A stretch of 64,000 bases of DNA from Actinomycetota bacterium (GCA_041183205.1 JBEGMF010000042.1:4369-68368); one strand, 5' to 3'. Numbered from the stretch's first letter, positions 29,317 to 40,023 are shown. The notes: generated by a model not told the origin, from the sequence alone. Numbers and translations: made by a program.

Positions 29317-32300
29317 CTAGTCAACGGCGTTTTCGGCACTCTCCCCTTCACCCATTAAGTCACCTAAAGCGGCCACGATGTCGTCAACCAGCGCATCAGC
29401 GGTGCGTAACGGGAGTTGCAATTGACCAATGTCCGCTTTGTAAATCGCGCCCTTATAGAGGCGGCCTAATCGGACTGTGGCCGAGGCCAGCAATTGCACC
29501 GGCGACATCTTCGCTACAAATTTCGGTCCGCCAAAACTCGGCCCTTTGGTCACCAACACTTCGGTGATCCCTAAGCGCACACATTCGGCTCGCAACTTGG
29601 CGACGGCAAGCAGGGCCTCGGCGGGTTCGGGAATCGGCCCGTAGCGGTCGAGCCATTCATCGCGCACATCATCAACATCCTTACGATTACGAACCGACGC
29701 CAGTCGTCGGTAAGCGTCAAGACGTTGATCTTCACGTTCGATGTAATCGGCTGGAATGTTCGCATCGAGCGGTAATTCGAGTTTGATCTCGGCCGGCTCA
29801 GCAACGGGTTCGCCTTTTAATTCCGCCACCGCTTCGGTGACCATTTGGCAATACAAGTCGTATCCCACCGCTGCGATATGACCGCTCTGCCCAGTGCCCA
29901 ATAAGTTGCCGGCTCCACGTAATTCAAGATCGCGCATGGCGATACGAAATCCCGATCCCAATTCCGTTGCCTCGCCAATTGTCTTCAATCGTTCATAGGC
30001 CTGCTCACTTAACGATCGATCAGGCGGATAAAACAAATAGGCATAGGCGCGCGATTGCGAACGACCCACACGTCCTCGCAACTGATGTAATTGTCCGAGC
30101 CCTAAAAGATCGGCACGTTCGACAACCAACGTATTGACGGTGGGCATATCAATTCCCGACTCGATGATGGTGGTGCAAACCAAAACATCGAACTCGCCCT
30201 CCCAAAATTGCAGAACAGTCGACTCGAGTGTTCCTTCATCTAGTTGACCATGAGCCACCGCAATACGCGCTTCGGGCACAAGTTCACGTAAATGTGCAGC
30301 GGCCTTTTCAATTGATTGCACTCGATTGTGAACATAGAAGACTTGTCCATCGCGCAAGAGTTCCCGCCGAATTGCTTCAGCTACCGCCCGATCGTCGTAT
30401 TCACCAACATAAGTGAGAATGGGTTGGCGTTCGGCCGGCGGTGTATTGAGCAAAGTTAAATCGCGAATACCCGTGAGGCTCATTTCTAACGTGCGCGGAA
30501 TCGGTGTGGCACTGAGAGTCAGGACATCGACACCGACACGCATCGCCTTAATCGCTTCTTTGTGATTAACGCCAAATCGTTGTTCTTCATCGACAACTAA
30601 TAAACCAAGATTTTTGAATTCGATATCGGCACCCAGAAGTCGATGCGTTCCAATAACAACATCTACTTCCCCCTGCTTGACCGCTTCGATCACACTCTTG
30701 GCCTGGCTAGCGGTGAGAAACCGACTGAGCACTTCAACGCGCACGGGGAATCCAGCAAAGCGTTCCGAAAAGGTTTGGAAGTGCTGCTGTGCCAGCAATG
30801 TTGTTGGCACTAAAACGGCGGACTGATAGCCGTCTTGGACTGCTTTAAAGACCGCGCGTAATGCAACTTCCGTTTTTCCGAATCCCACATCGCCGCAAAG
30901 CAAGCGGTCCATTGGCGAAGTTGATTCCATATCGCCCTTAATTGCATCCACCGCAATTTTCTGGTCGGGCGTTAATTCATATGGGAACGACTCTTCCAGT
31001 TCCGTTTGCCATGGTGTGTCGAGAGCAAAAGCATGGCCCGGAGTATGCACACGTCGTTGATAAAGAACCACGAGTTCTTGCGCAATTTCGGTAACTGCTT
31101 GTCGAACCCGCGCTTTTGCCCGTTGCCATTCGCCCGTGCCCAGTCGACTGAGTGAAGGTGAGTCACCACCGGTATAGGGACGAACCGCGTCAATTTGATC
31201 GCTGGGTACGTAGAGACGGTCATCACCGCGATATTCCAAAAGCAGATAATCACGTTCAACACCACTAATGGCTCGTTGCACCATGCCGCCATAGCGGGCC
31301 ACGCCGTGTTGATAGTGGACGACATAATCGCCAATAGAGAGATCATCGAAATGACCTTGTCCACTTGAATTGCGCGGCTTCGCTTGACGATGCGCACGAC
31401 GACGTCCAGTGATGTCGGCTTCGGTAAGTAAAGCGACACGCGCCGCCGGCAAACGAAAACCGCGATCAACGGAACTTACGACGATATGGCCACCCGGCTC
31501 GGCGCAACTGCGCTTTTCACGTTCGTCGTAATCGAGATCAACACCCTTTTCGGCCATCAGTTTTTGGAGGCGGTCAGCCGACCCGCTTCCTTCGGCCGCC
31601 AGCGTGACCGTCCAGCCTTCGGCCAACAGATTTTGTAATTGCTGAACAAGTTGTGATCCGTCACCAACGACTTGCCCCCAACCACTCGCTTCAACGGCGG
31701 CGGTATCAGGTGAATCCGGAGCATCCAACACTGTGAGCATTGGCGCGTCGGTATTTTCTAAAAGGTTGTCGAGTTCAATATGCAACATCGGGAATGTTTC
31801 ATTATCAACATCCCAAGTCGTCGCCAACGCTTTCGCTAAGTCTTGTTCTTCGGCACGAATATCATTGGCGCGATCGCGTAGTCGCCGTGGTTCCACTAAA
31901 ACCAATTGCGCATCGCCCGATAAAAGTTGCAACACCGATGGTGCATCGCCATCCACTAACCACGGAAGCCAACTTTCCATTCCTTCGAAGAAAAAGCCCG
32001 CACTGAGTTTTTCCCATTGCTCTCGCCCCCAAGGTTCGGCGGCGATTAATTGCTCCGCTCGGCTCCGCACATTCTCGGTAGGCATAAGTTCGCGCGCCGG
32101 AAAAATCTGCATGACGTCGATTGGCTGCGTTGTGCGCTGAGTCGCGACGGCAAATTCAGTAAGGCGATCGACTTCATCTCCCCAAAGATCAATTCGAAAA
32201 GGCGAGTCAGCCGTACTGGGATAGATATCAACGATTGAGCCGCGCACGGCAAACTCGCCGCGATGCTCAACTTGGATTTCCCGTCGATAACCGAAAGCCA

Positions 32301-32787
32301 CAAGTCCTTGCACGAACTGTTCGACATCAATTGAATCGCCGCGTTGAATTGTTAGAGGTGCAACAAGTTGCGCGTCGGGACTCAGACGTTGAATTAAAGC
32401 GCGTACCGACGTCACGAAAAATTTCGGCGCATCATGCTGCAATCGCCATAACGAACGCAGACGACGACCCATGGTTTCGACCGAGGGACTCACGCGTTCA
32501 AATGGCAACGTTTCCCAGCCAGCAAAAACATCCACCTGATCGTTTCCGCAGAAGGCACCAATGTCTTTGGCTAATCGCTCGGCTTCGGCCGTAGTGGGCA
32601 CGATCAACACATAGGGCGAGCGCTCGCTTTGTTGGCCAAGAGCTGCCAGAGCGATTGCCCGCGCCGCAGTTGGCACCGCCAACGTGGCAAGTCGTCGACC
32701 AGCCACCTGACGTAAGCCAGGTTCAGATTCAAGTAATGGAAGGAGCGGGGCGAGAGGCAGTGACCTCAATAGTGATTTCGGTGGCAA
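29317..32787 (-). CDS. mfd: Transcription-repair coupling factor
   Basis: [11 protein letters not shown], CarD/RID domain, [29 protein letters not shown] and TRCF C-terminus. Confidence 0.98.
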   Translation of the reverse strand: MPPKSLLRSLPLAPLLPLLESEPGLRQVAGRRLATLAVPTAARAIALAALGQQSERSPYVLIVPTTAEAERLAKDIGAFCGNDQVDVFAGWETLPFERVSPSVETMGRRLRSLWRLQHDAPKFFVTSVRALIQRLSPDAQLVAPLTIQRGDSIDVEQFVQGLVAFGYRREIQVEHRGEFAVRGSIVDIYPSTADSPFRIDLWGDEVDRLTEFAVATQRTTQPIDVMQIFPARELMPTENVRSRAEQLIAAEPWGREQWEKLSAGFFFEGMESWLPWLVDGDAPSVLQLLSGDAQLVLVEPRRLRDRANDIRAEEQDLAKALATTWDVDNETFPMLHIELDNLLENTDAPMLTVLDAPDSPDTAAVEASGWGQVVGDGSQLVQQLQNLLAEGWTVTLAAEGSGSADRLQKLMAEKGVDLDYDEREKRSCAEPGGHIVVSSVDRGFRLPAARVALLTEADITGRRRAHRQAKPRNSSGQGHFDDLSIGDYVVHYQHGVARYGGMVQRAISGVERDYLLLEYRGDDRLYVPSDQIDAVRPYTGGDSPSLSRLGTGEWQRAKARVRQAVTEIAQELVVLYQRRVHTPGHAFALDTPWQTELEESFPYELTPDQKIAVDAIKGDMESTSPMDRLLCGDVGFGKTEVALRAVFKAVQDGYQSAVLVPTTLLAQQHFQTFSERFAGFPVRVEVLSRFLTASQAKSVIEAVKQGEVDVVIGTHRLLGADIEFKNLGLLVVDEEQRFGVNHKEAIKAMRVGVDVLTLSATPIPRTLEMSLTGIRDLTLLNTPPAERQPILTYVGEYDDRAVAEAIRRELLRDGQVFYVHNRVQSIEKAAAHLRELVPEARIAVAHGQLDEGTLESTVLQFWEGEFDVLVCTTIIESGIDMPTVNTLVVERADLLGLGQLHQLRGRVGRSQSRAYAYLFYPPDRSLSEQAYERLKTIGEATELGSGFRIAMRDLELRGAGNLLGTGQSGHIAAVGYDLYCQMVTEAVAELKGEPVAEPAEIKLELPLDANIPADYIEREDQRLDAYRRLASVRNRKDVDDVRDEWLDRYGPIPEPAEALLAVAKLRAECVRLGITEVLVTKGPSFGGPKFVAKMSPVQLLASATVRLGRLYKGAIYKADIGQLQLPLRTADALVDDIVAALGDLMGEGESAENAVD

Positions 32788-33016
32788 TTTCGGCGATGGT
32801 TTCGGTACGTGGAGTCGTTAGAACAATCAGTTTTTCAAGGCGGAACTAGCGCGCCTTTGGCCCGAATTGCGAGCAACCGGGTAGGTGCAGCCTAGGTCGC
32901 CTCCGCTCCGGTCTCGTTCGGCCGACGAATGTCACAGTCCCCCCGACGAAGGCCCAAAGATAAAAAAGTGCCAGTGATTGCATTAAGGGCGCGAAAAGGT
33001 GTCAACTAGCAGACGT

Positions 33017-35038
33017 ATGACTTCTCTAGAACAGTCAGGCCCTTCGGCCGGACCATCTCCGCTGCCTTCCACGGCGAACGTGGATATTCCTGAATCTCGA
33101 TCATTTCGAGTGAAATCAAAAATTTTGGGAAGACCACTTCATACTGATCAATTAGCGCATGAGAAACTCGGCAAGCCAACTGGTCTTGCCGTTTTTGCTA
33201 GTGACAATCTTTCGTCCGCGGCGTACGCAACCGAAGAAATTTTGCACACGCTTCTTATCGCCGGCATTGGTCTGGTTGCGTTCGACTACGTGTTACCAAT
33301 CACCTTCGCCATGATCGGCGTGCTCATTATTTTGGTTTTGAGTTATCGCCAAACGATTAAGGCGTACCCCTCAGCGGGCGGCGCCTACATCGTTACTAAA
33401 GACAATCTCGGAGTTTTGCCGGCACAAGTTGCCGGCGTTTCGTTGTTAACCGATTACATCTTGGTAGTTGCCGTTTCCGTTTCTGCTGGCACGGCTGCCA
33501 TCTACTCGGTCTTTGATGGTCTCTATCCGTACCGCGTACCAATTGCTATCGGTTTCATTGCGCTCGTTGCTCTGGGCAACTTACGCGGCGTTAAAGAATC
33601 GGGACGAATTTTCGCCGTCCCCACCTACGCCTTTGTGGTGGCCATGGCGTTGATGATTGGTTACGGCCTTTGGAAGGCTGGATTCGGTGGCGGAATTCAG
33701 CAGATTCCGATCGAAGCCATGGACGAATCGCAACAACATGAAGCACTCAGTGTGGGCGCGGTCGGTTGGTTCCTCGTGTTGCATGCCTTTGCCTCCGGCG
33801 GTGCTGCCGTAACCGGCGTTGAAGCAATTTCCAATGGCGTACCGGCGTTTCGCGAACCATCGTGGAAAAACGCGTCGAAAACATTGGTCATCATGGGTTC
33901 GATGTTGGGTGTGATGTTTCTCGGCATCTCTTGGCTGGCCTCGCAATTGCACACCATTCCCGTCCAAGGAAAAACGGTTATTGCGCAAATTGCACAAGGT
34001 GTCTACGGAGATTCCGGTTTTGGTGATGCGATGTTTGTCTTTACCCAGTTCGCCACCATGTTGATTTTGATCATGGCGGCCAATACTGGTTTCGCTGACT
34101 TTCCGCGGCTCGCGTCTTTCCAGGCTGAAGATTCGTTTTTACCGAAACAACTCACCAAGCGTGGACATCGCTTGGTGTATTCAAACGGAATTTTGGCGCT
34201 TTCTGGTTTGGCCGCCATTTTGGTTGCGGTTCTCGGTGCCGATGTCACACGGTTGATTCCGCTTTATGCCGTAGGCGTTTTCACCAGTTTCACGCTCTCG
34301 CAATTAGGTATGGCTCGTCGCCATTTACGTTTGCGCGAAAAAGGCTGGCGTTTCGGTTTAGCCATTAATGGTTTCGGCGCTTTGGTAACCGCCGTTGTCA
34401 CGCTCGTTATCAGTGCCACCAAATTTCTCGATGGCGCATGGGTCATCATCTTGATGATTCCTGTTTTTGTCTGGATCGTTGTTCGACTCAATCATCAATA
34501 TGAAGCAGAAAAGGCCGAACTCGAAGAAGATGCAGAGCGGGCGGCCACTGCTCCGGTTCTGCGCAACCACGCCGTTGTCGTATTGATTGACAAAGTCGAT
34601 CGCACCAGCGCACGTGCATTGCAATATGCGCGTACGTTGAGTCCCAATACATTGCGCGCCGTTCATATCGCCGTTGCACCCGATCGTGCAGATATTTTGG
34701 CCAAAGAATGGAGTGAATTGGCCCTGGCGAGTTTGCCGCTTGATATTCGCGCCTGTCCCGATCGACGTATTAACCGTTCAGTTCTGGAAGTGGTTTCTGA
34801 ACTCGCCGCCGATGGCGATACAGAAGTAACGGTGCTGATCCCACGCCGTGAATATCGTTCGGCATGGCATCGTCTCTTACACGACCACACCGCTGACGAT
34901 ATTGCGAAAGCGTTAGCCGACGTTCCCCATGCCAACGTAACGTTCGTGCCGTATCACCTCACGCGTTCGTCCCATGGACAAAAAATTCACAAAGTAGAAC
35001 CTGGATCAATGTCCGGAACTGAAGGAATGCATCACTGA
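33017..35038 (+). CDS. APC-family permease, KimA/YdaO-like (probable K+ importer)
   Basis: ASDNLSSAAYATEE, YPSAGGAY, TGVEAISNGVPAF and LIPLYAVGVF motifs; cytoplasmic C-terminal domain with LLHD. Confidence 0.85.
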   Translation: MTSLEQSGPSAGPSPLPSTANVDIPESRSFRVKSKILGRPLHTDQLAHEKLGKPTGLAVFASDNLSSAAYATEEILHTLLIAGIGLVAFDYVLPITFAMIGVLIILVLSYRQTIKAYPSAGGAYIVTKDNLGVLPAQVAGVSLLTDYILVVAVSVSAGTAAIYSVFDGLYPYRVPIAIGFIALVALGNLRGVKESGRIFAVPTYAFVVAMALMIGYGLWKAGFGGGIQQIPIEAMDESQQHEALSVGAVGWFLVLHAFASGGAAVTGVEAISNGVPAFREPSWKNASKTLVIMGSMLGVMFLGISWLASQLHTIPVQGKTVIAQIAQGVYGDSGFGDAMFVFTQFATMLILIMAANTGFADFPRLASFQAEDSFLPKQLTKRGHRLVYSNGILALSGLAAILVAVLGADVTRLIPLYAVGVFTSFTLSQLGMARRHLRLREKGWRFGLAINGFGALVTAVVTLVISATKFLDGAWVIILMIPVFVWIVVRLNHQYEAEKAELEEDAERAATAPVLRNHAVVVLIDKVDRTSARALQYARTLSPNTLRAVHIAVAPDRADILAKEWSELALASLPLDIRACPDRRINRSVLEVVSELAADGDTEVTVLIPRREYRSAWHRLLHDHTADDIAKALADVPHANVTFVPYHLTRSSHGQKIHKVEPGSMSGTEGMHH

Positions 35039-35039
35039 A

Positions 35040-35423
35040 ATGGGCTTGTTCACCAAACGTAAGTCGGTCGATCAACTCGAACAAGAACGACATGCCGATG
35101 AGCTTCATCAGTTAGCGCAGTTGGCATTCCAAGGGATTACACCAATCGCAGAAACAAAATGGCGAGATCGCGTAAAGGTTGCCGGTCATGTCAAAGCAAT
35201 GCGCGTACAACCATGGGCCGAACAAGTTGATGGCCTTGAACTAACGCTCACTGATTCGACCGGTGGCATCACATTGGTGTTTTTCGGTCGGCGACGTATC
35301 GGCGGCATTCAATTGGGTTCGAAAATGATGGTCGAGGGAACAACGAGTGAGCATCATGGTTTGCTCACCATTTTGAATCCGCAATACCAACTACTCCCGA
35401 ATGAAATAGATCTGCCCTTTTAA
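35040..35423 (+). CDS. OB-fold nucleic-acid-binding domain protein
   Basis: L.D.TGGITLVFFGRRRIGGI..G....V.G....ILNPQY, resembling a RecG-wedge-like OB fold. Confidence 0.8.
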   Translation: MGLFTKRKSVDQLEQERHADELHQLAQLAFQGITPIAETKWRDRVKVAGHVKAMRVQPWAEQVDGLELTLTDSTGGITLVFFGRRRIGGIQLGSKMMVEGTTSEHHGLLTILNPQYQLLPNEIDLPF

Positions 35424-35435
35424 TTACTGCGGCGT

Positions 35436-36044
35436 CTATTTACGTTCGTTAACACGATTCATTGCTGAGCCGACACCATCAGAAATGATCAGTTCCACCG
35501 CGTCGGCCGCATCGACAATGGCATTGGCCAGAACTTGTTGATCGGACTTATTCATGCGGCTTAAAACGTAATCAGCGCCGGCCCCTTTTTGTGCCGGTCG
35601 GCCAACGCCAATACGCACTCGAATAAATGAGTCATCGGAGAGATGGGATTTAATCGACCGCAATCCGTTATGTCCCGCCAAGCCGCCGCCGACTTTGATG
35701 CGGACAGTACCCATCTCTAAATCGAGTTCGTCATGAACGACGATTAATTGCTCGGGAGTTTCAATGCCATAGCGGCGAACGAGCGGCCGCACCGATTCAC
35801 CCGAAAGATTCATGTAGGTGGTCGGCTTGGCGATGGCTACCCGTTTCGAAGCAATACGCACTTCATCAACTAATGCTTTTTCTTTTCCAGCCCGTAACGA
35901 ACCGTTATGCCGGCGCGCCAATTCATCGATAACCGCAAAGCCGGCGTTATGGCGCGTTTTGTCGTATTCGGCGCCGGGATTGCCGAGTCCTACAACGAGA
36001 ACATCAGACGGAGTCCCGCGTCGATCGCGCGCTCCGAAAACCAC
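35436..36044 (-). CDS. pth: Peptidyl-tRNA hydrolase
   Basis: VVGLGNPG, TRHNAGF, YMNLSG, HDELD and GHNGLRS motifs. Confidence 0.97.
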   Translation of the reverse strand: MVFGARDRRGTPSDVLVVGLGNPGAEYDKTRHNAGFAVIDELARRHNGSLRAGKEKALVDEVRIASKRVAIAKPTTYMNLSGESVRPLVRRYGIETPEQLIVVHDELDLEMGTVRIKVGGGLAGHNGLRSIKSHLSDDSFIRVRIGVGRPAQKGAGADYVLSRMNKSDQQVLANAIVDAADAVELIISDGVGSAMNRVNERK

Positions 36045-36701
36045 TTAGTCGGCCGCAGCCTCTTCGCTTGCCTCTCCACCTTCAGATGCAGCGTCTGCTC
36101 CACCTTCAGCAGCCGATTCACCGCCAGCTTCGCCGGCTTCAGAAGAGAATCGCGTGGCAAGACCCAAGACGAGTTGAGTTGAACCTTCAAGGTCGCAAGT
36201 AACGCCGTCTGGCAAGGTCACCGAATCAAGTGTGATTGATTCACCTAAGTCCAATTCGGAAATATCAACTTCGATACTGGAAGGAATGTTGTTGGGCTTG
36301 GCCTTAACGGCAAGTTGCTTAAGCGGTTGATCAACGATGCCGCGACGGCCTTCAACCTTCTTCGCTTCGCCCACCAAAATGATGGGGACTTCAACGGCAA
36401 CAAGAGCGTTGGGATCAACGCGCAAGAAATCGATATGCAACACATTGCGGCGCACCGGATGACGTTGCATGTCTTTGACAATGGCGAGATCGGTTTGGCC
36501 ATCGACGGTGAGATTAATGAGTGCGTTCATGCCGGCGTCAGTGGTGAGCGCCTTACGCAATTCACTCCAGTCGACGCTGACGGCCACAGTGTCACGACCA
36601 AGGCCATAAACAACGCCAGGAACTTTGCCGTCGTCACGCAAACGCGTCGAACTACGTGAGCCAGCCACACGGCCTGTCGTAGCGGTAAGAGAGATGGACA
36701 T
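36045..36701 (-). CDS. rplY: 50S ribosomal protein L25/Ctc
   Basis: R..GKVPGVVYG, QRHPV and HIDF motifs; acidic tail; lies between prs and pth. Confidence 0.95.
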   Translation of the reverse strand: MSISLTATTGRVAGSRSSTRLRDDGKVPGVVYGLGRDTVAVSVDWSELRKALTTDAGMNALINLTVDGQTDLAIVKDMQRHPVRRNVLHIDFLRVDPNALVAVEVPIILVGEAKKVEGRRGIVDQPLKQLAVKAKPNNIPSSIEVDISELDLGESITLDSVTLPDGVTCDLEGSTQLVLGLATRFSSEAGEAGGESAAEGGADAASEGGEASEEAAAD

Positions 36702-36796
36702 ATTCGGCTCCAAAATGACAACGGGAAACGGCCCGACAGCCTACCGAGAAGAGCCGCCTAAGGCGAACTGAGGCCGGCGGAGCACCCTCAGCGCCC

Positions 36797-37777
36797 CTAG
36801 GACTGGTTATTACCGCCGAATATCTCCGACACCGAGGTGTCCTCAAAGACCGCATCGATGGCATCGGCGATGATGCCAGCCACTGAAAGCACCTCGATTT
36901 TGGGCGACTGCTTGGCGGCCAAAAGCGGGAGCGTATTGGTCATGACCACTTTGTCGATGCACGAAGCATTCAAGCGGTCGATAGCGGGACCAGAGAAAAC
37001 GCCATGGGTGCACGCAGCGTAAATCTGCTTGGCACCGCGGGCTTTGAGTTGTTCAGCCGCAGCGACGATCGTGCCACCGGTGTCAATCATGTCGTCGATC
37101 AATACACAGTTACGACCTTCAACTTCGCCCACAACATCGCGAGCTTCGACCGTGTTCTTCATTCCTTTCACACGGCGCTTATGCACGATGGCGAGGTCGG
37201 CATGCAATTGATTGGCGTAACGCTCGGCCACTTTCACGCGACCCGCATCCGGTGAAACAACAACGAGATCGCCGCCCAGTTTCGACATGTAATCAACCAA
37301 CACCGGCATGGCAGTTAGATGATCAACCGGTCCATCGAAAAATCCTTGAATCTGACCGGAATGTAAATCAACAGAGATCAAACGCTTGGCGCCAGCCTGT
37401 TGAAACATATTGGCCACCAACTTCGCTGTAATCGGTTCGCGTCCTTCTGACTTTCGATCTTGACGTGCATACCCGTAGAAAGGAGCAACCGCAGTAATGC
37501 GCTTGGCTGACGCGCGTTGCGCTGCATCAACCATGATGAGATGTTCCATGATGGCATCGTTCACGCTCATCTCATCAGTGGAGACATGCGACTGCACAAT
37601 GAACACGTCGGTGCCGCGCACAGATTCGTTAAAGCGAGCGTGGATCTCTCCGTTGGCAAACTCCGCCAAATTTGGTTCGCCTAATTCGACACCAAGTCGT
37701 TGCGCGATTTCTTGCGCTAAGGGCAGGTTGGCGCGACCTGAAACCAAATAGAGCCGCTTCTTCGTTACTAATTCCAT
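36797..37777 (-). CDS. prs: Ribose-phosphate pyrophosphokinase
   Basis: FANGE, YARQDRK, DLHSGQIQGFF, VSPDAG and DDMIDTGGT motifs. SD GGAG before ATG 37777. Confidence 0.97.
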   Translation of the reverse strand: MELVTKKRLYLVSGRANLPLAQEIAQRLGVELGEPNLAEFANGEIHARFNESVRGTDVFIVQSHVSTDEMSVNDAIMEHLIMVDAAQRASAKRITAVAPFYGYARQDRKSEGREPITAKLVANMFQQAGAKRLISVDLHSGQIQGFFDGPVDHLTAMPVLVDYMSKLGGDLVVVSPDAGRVKVAERYANQLHADLAIVHKRRVKGMKNTVEARDVVGEVEGRNCVLIDDMIDTGGTIVAAAEQLKARGAKQIYAACTHGVFSGPAIDRLNASCIDKVVMTNTLPLLAAKQSPKIEVLSVAGIIADAIDAVFEDTSVSEIFGGNNQS

Positions 37778-37790
37778 GAGTCTCCGCTTC

Positions 37791-38888
37791 CTAGCCCTGG
37801 TTTGCAGTGTAGAACGGACCGGTCTGCTGTTTGGGCGAAATTTCGGCTCCAGGATCGAGATTCGCAAAGGGACCGACATGTGCATCATCGCCGATAGTTG
37901 CCTGACGGCCGACGGTATTTTCGACGACGGCACGATCGCCTACGACGCAGTCGATTAAACGAGTATTCGGGCCGATTTCGGCACCGGCTCCGATAACGCA
38001 CGCCCCTTGCAAAATTGTGTCCGGGAAAAGCGTGACATCAGGAGCCAACCTCACCGTGGCATCAACGTAGGTACGCAACGGATCCACCATCGTTACGCCT
38101 TTTCGCATCCACTCGTTATTGGTGCGACGGCGTAACTCAGCCTCGGCGGCTGCTAACTGCAGACGGTCATTAACACCAAGAGCATCGGATGCATCGTCAG
38201 CCAAAAGGGCACTAATGCGATAACCCGCGGAGGCCAATACCGACACCACGTCAGTGAGGTAGTACTCACCTTGAGCGTTTTGTGGCGTTAAGCGTCGTAA
38301 CGCCGGACCAAGAACGCTGGCGCGGAAACAGTAAATCGACGTATTTATTTCGTCGATGAGTTGTTCTTCTTCGTTGGCATCACTCTGTTCGACAATTTTC
38401 ACTACGCGGTTTTCTTTTCCGCGCACGACTCGACCGTAGCCATAAGGATTCGCAACACGCGCCGTTAAAAGTGTGCAGGCGGCATCTGTCTCTCGATGCA
38501 ATTCGACAAGTGCCGCAATGGTGTGTGTCTGTAAAAGCGGTGTGTCGCCGGGCAGAACTAAAAGGTCGGCATCGACATCATCGAATTCATCAGTGCCAAA
38601 CGCCGTTAAAGCAACACCAACGGCATCGCCGGTCCCCCGCTGCACCTCTTGTTCAACGAACTCCAAAGAAAGAGAAGGCACTTCGTCGAGAAGTTTGGCC
38701 GTGACCCGTTCCGCTCCGTGACCAACAACCACCACCGTGCGGCCGACCGAGCATTCCGCCAGCGAGTCGAGCACGTACAACACCATGGGCCGGCCACATA
38801 ACCGATGGAGCGGTTTGGGTCGCGAGGAGCGCATGCGTGTACCTTCTCCTGCTGCTAACACAATGGCCGAGAGAGGTCGTGGAAACAT
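37791..38888 (-). CDS. glmU: GlmU-like UDP-GlcNAc pyrophosphorylase, C-terminally short (365 aa)
   Basis: LAAGEGTRMRS..PKPLH, GDTPLL, GYGRVVR, EYYLTD and GVNDR motifs; only a partial beta-helix. Confidence 0.85.
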   Translation of the reverse strand: MFPRPLSAIVLAAGEGTRMRSSRPKPLHRLCGRPMVLYVLDSLAECSVGRTVVVVGHGAERVTAKLLDEVPSLSLEFVEQEVQRGTGDAVGVALTAFGTDEFDDVDADLLVLPGDTPLLQTHTIAALVELHRETDAACTLLTARVANPYGYGRVVRGKENRVVKIVEQSDANEEEQLIDEINTSIYCFRASVLGPALRRLTPQNAQGEYYLTDVVSVLASAGYRISALLADDASDALGVNDRLQLAAAEAELRRRTNNEWMRKGVTMVDPLRTYVDATVRLAPDVTLFPDTILQGACVIGAGAEIGPNTRLIDCVVGDRAVVENTVGRQATIGDDAHVGPFANLDPGAEISPKQQTGPFYTANQG

Positions 38889-38919
38889 GATTCTTTTCTA
38901 GTACGGTCAGCGGCATCCT

Positions 38920-38991
38920 TCGGGGGTGGTGTAATTGGCAACACACCAGGTTTTGGTCCTGGCTTTCGGGGTTCGAGTCCCTGCCCCCGAG
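38920..38991 (+). tRNA. tRNA-Gln(UUG)
   Basis: TCGGGGGTGGTGTAATTGGCAACAC, CCAGG TT TTG GT CCTGG anticodon arm, GGTTCGAGTCC T-arm. Usual position beside glmU. Confidence 0.97.
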
Positions 38992-38995
38992 CAAT

Positions 38996-39034
38996 AAAGC
39001 GAAAAGGTCTGCAAACGCAGGCCTTTTTTGCTTT
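38996..39034 (+). terminator. Intrinsic terminator after tRNA-Gln
   Basis: AAAGCGAAAAGGTCTGC-AAAC-GCAGGCCTTTTTTGCTTT hairpin with U-tract. Confidence 0.8.
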
Positions 39035-39131
39035 CGGGGTCCCCTCCCAACTGCGGGACGGTCAGGGGCGATCGCAGGGAGAATTCCCGCATTTCGCAGA
39101 TTCGGCCAATTCCGCTACAGTCGCCGACGCC

Positions 39132-39233
39132 ATGGGATCACTGATTAAGAAGCGCCGTAAGCGCATGCGAAAGAAGAAGCACAAGAAGATGCTGAAGCGG
39201 ACCCGCTTCCAGCGCCGCGCTGCGGGCAAGTAG
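39132..39233 (+). CDS. 30S ribosomal protein bS22 (AURKAIP1/COX24 domain)
   Basis: Hand translation MGSLIKKRRKRMRKKKHKKMLKRTRFQRRAAGK (33 aa). Below the ORF-track cutoff. Confidence 0.93.
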   Translation: MGSLIKKRRKRMRKKKHKKMLKRTRFQRRAAGK

Positions 39234-39245
39234 GTCAGTTTTTCG

Positions 39246-39986
39246 TCAGATGTGAGCCGAGGGAGTTGTCTCGGTCGCAACGACGCGTTCATCTCCTGGG
39301 CGTTCACCAGCAACAAACCACGTCGAGCCAGAGCCCGCGAGACGCGGCCGTAGGCCCGTGTCCGATTCAAGTTGCGAGCGCCAAGCCGATAAACGCGGCT
39401 CGAGCGCTATCGCCGCTGGTTCGAGATCATTCTCATTGTCACCGGTCGGCCCACCAAGGGCATCCCATTTCTTATAAACGTCTGCCGTCACACATCCAAA
39501 AGGTGGCGTGCTGAGAGTCCACGTGCGAAAAAGTTCGGGCAAGGGTTCGATGATCTCGCCAATTCCGCGCACCATGGCTCTACCACCGCGCAAACAAAAC
39601 GAAACATCGGCGCCGAGAAGACTCGCCTTTTCATAATCAGTGAAGCCAGCGGCGCGCAGGACTGCGGCCGCATCGGCTGATCCGCCACCTAAACCAGCAC
39701 CCGGTGGAATGCGTTTTTCGATTCGTACCTTGGCGGTGAGATCAAGCATGGCCAATGCTTTCGTCACCAAATTTTCTCCGTCGAGGGCGAATTCTTTTCC
39801 AGTGCGTGCATCAACCACTTCAACCGACGTTGAAGCAGCCGGCTCGATTGAGATGTCATCACCAAAGTTCAACGTCACCATTTCCGCTTCAATGAGGTGG
39901 TAGCCATCATTTCGCACTCCAGTTACACGCAATGAGACCGTCAATTTTGCCGGTGCGAAAACACGCGTGGATTGAGGCCACATCAT
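39246..39986 (-). CDS. ispE: 4-diphosphocytidyl-2-C-methyl-D-erythritol kinase
   Basis: APAKL..L.V.G.R.DGYH, KRIP.GAGLGGGSADAAA, GADV and GSGS motifs. Confidence 0.93.
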   Translation of the reverse strand: MMWPQSTRVFAPAKLTVSLRVTGVRNDGYHLIEAEMVTLNFGDDISIEPAASTSVEVVDARTGKEFALDGENLVTKALAMLDLTAKVRIEKRIPPGAGLGGGSADAAAVLRAAGFTDYEKASLLGADVSFCLRGGRAMVRGIGEIIEPLPELFRTWTLSTPPFGCVTADVYKKWDALGGPTGDNENDLEPAAIALEPRLSAWRSQLESDTGLRPRLAGSGSTWFVAGERPGDERVVATETTPSAHI

Positions 39987-40023
39987 GATGCAACCTTTCG
40001 CAAATCACTTTTCATCGCCACAT

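Noticed and set aside
32776-32805. TTTCGG repeated three times at 12-bp spacing at the mfd start
   Set aside because: Too short to support a call; it could be a binding site or a low-complexity PK-repeat remnant.
32788-33016. c-di-AMP (ydaO) riboswitch before the KimA-like gene, also sought before the rpf-like gene
   Set aside because: The conserved GCUGAA...GGGGGAACC...GUCAGCUAAC elements were not found in either leader.
37778-37933. Extended Prs N-terminus, or a frameshifted continuation of GlmU
   Set aside because: It overlaps the glmU 3' end, shows no hexapeptide or HLSY motif, and an SD supports ATG 37777.
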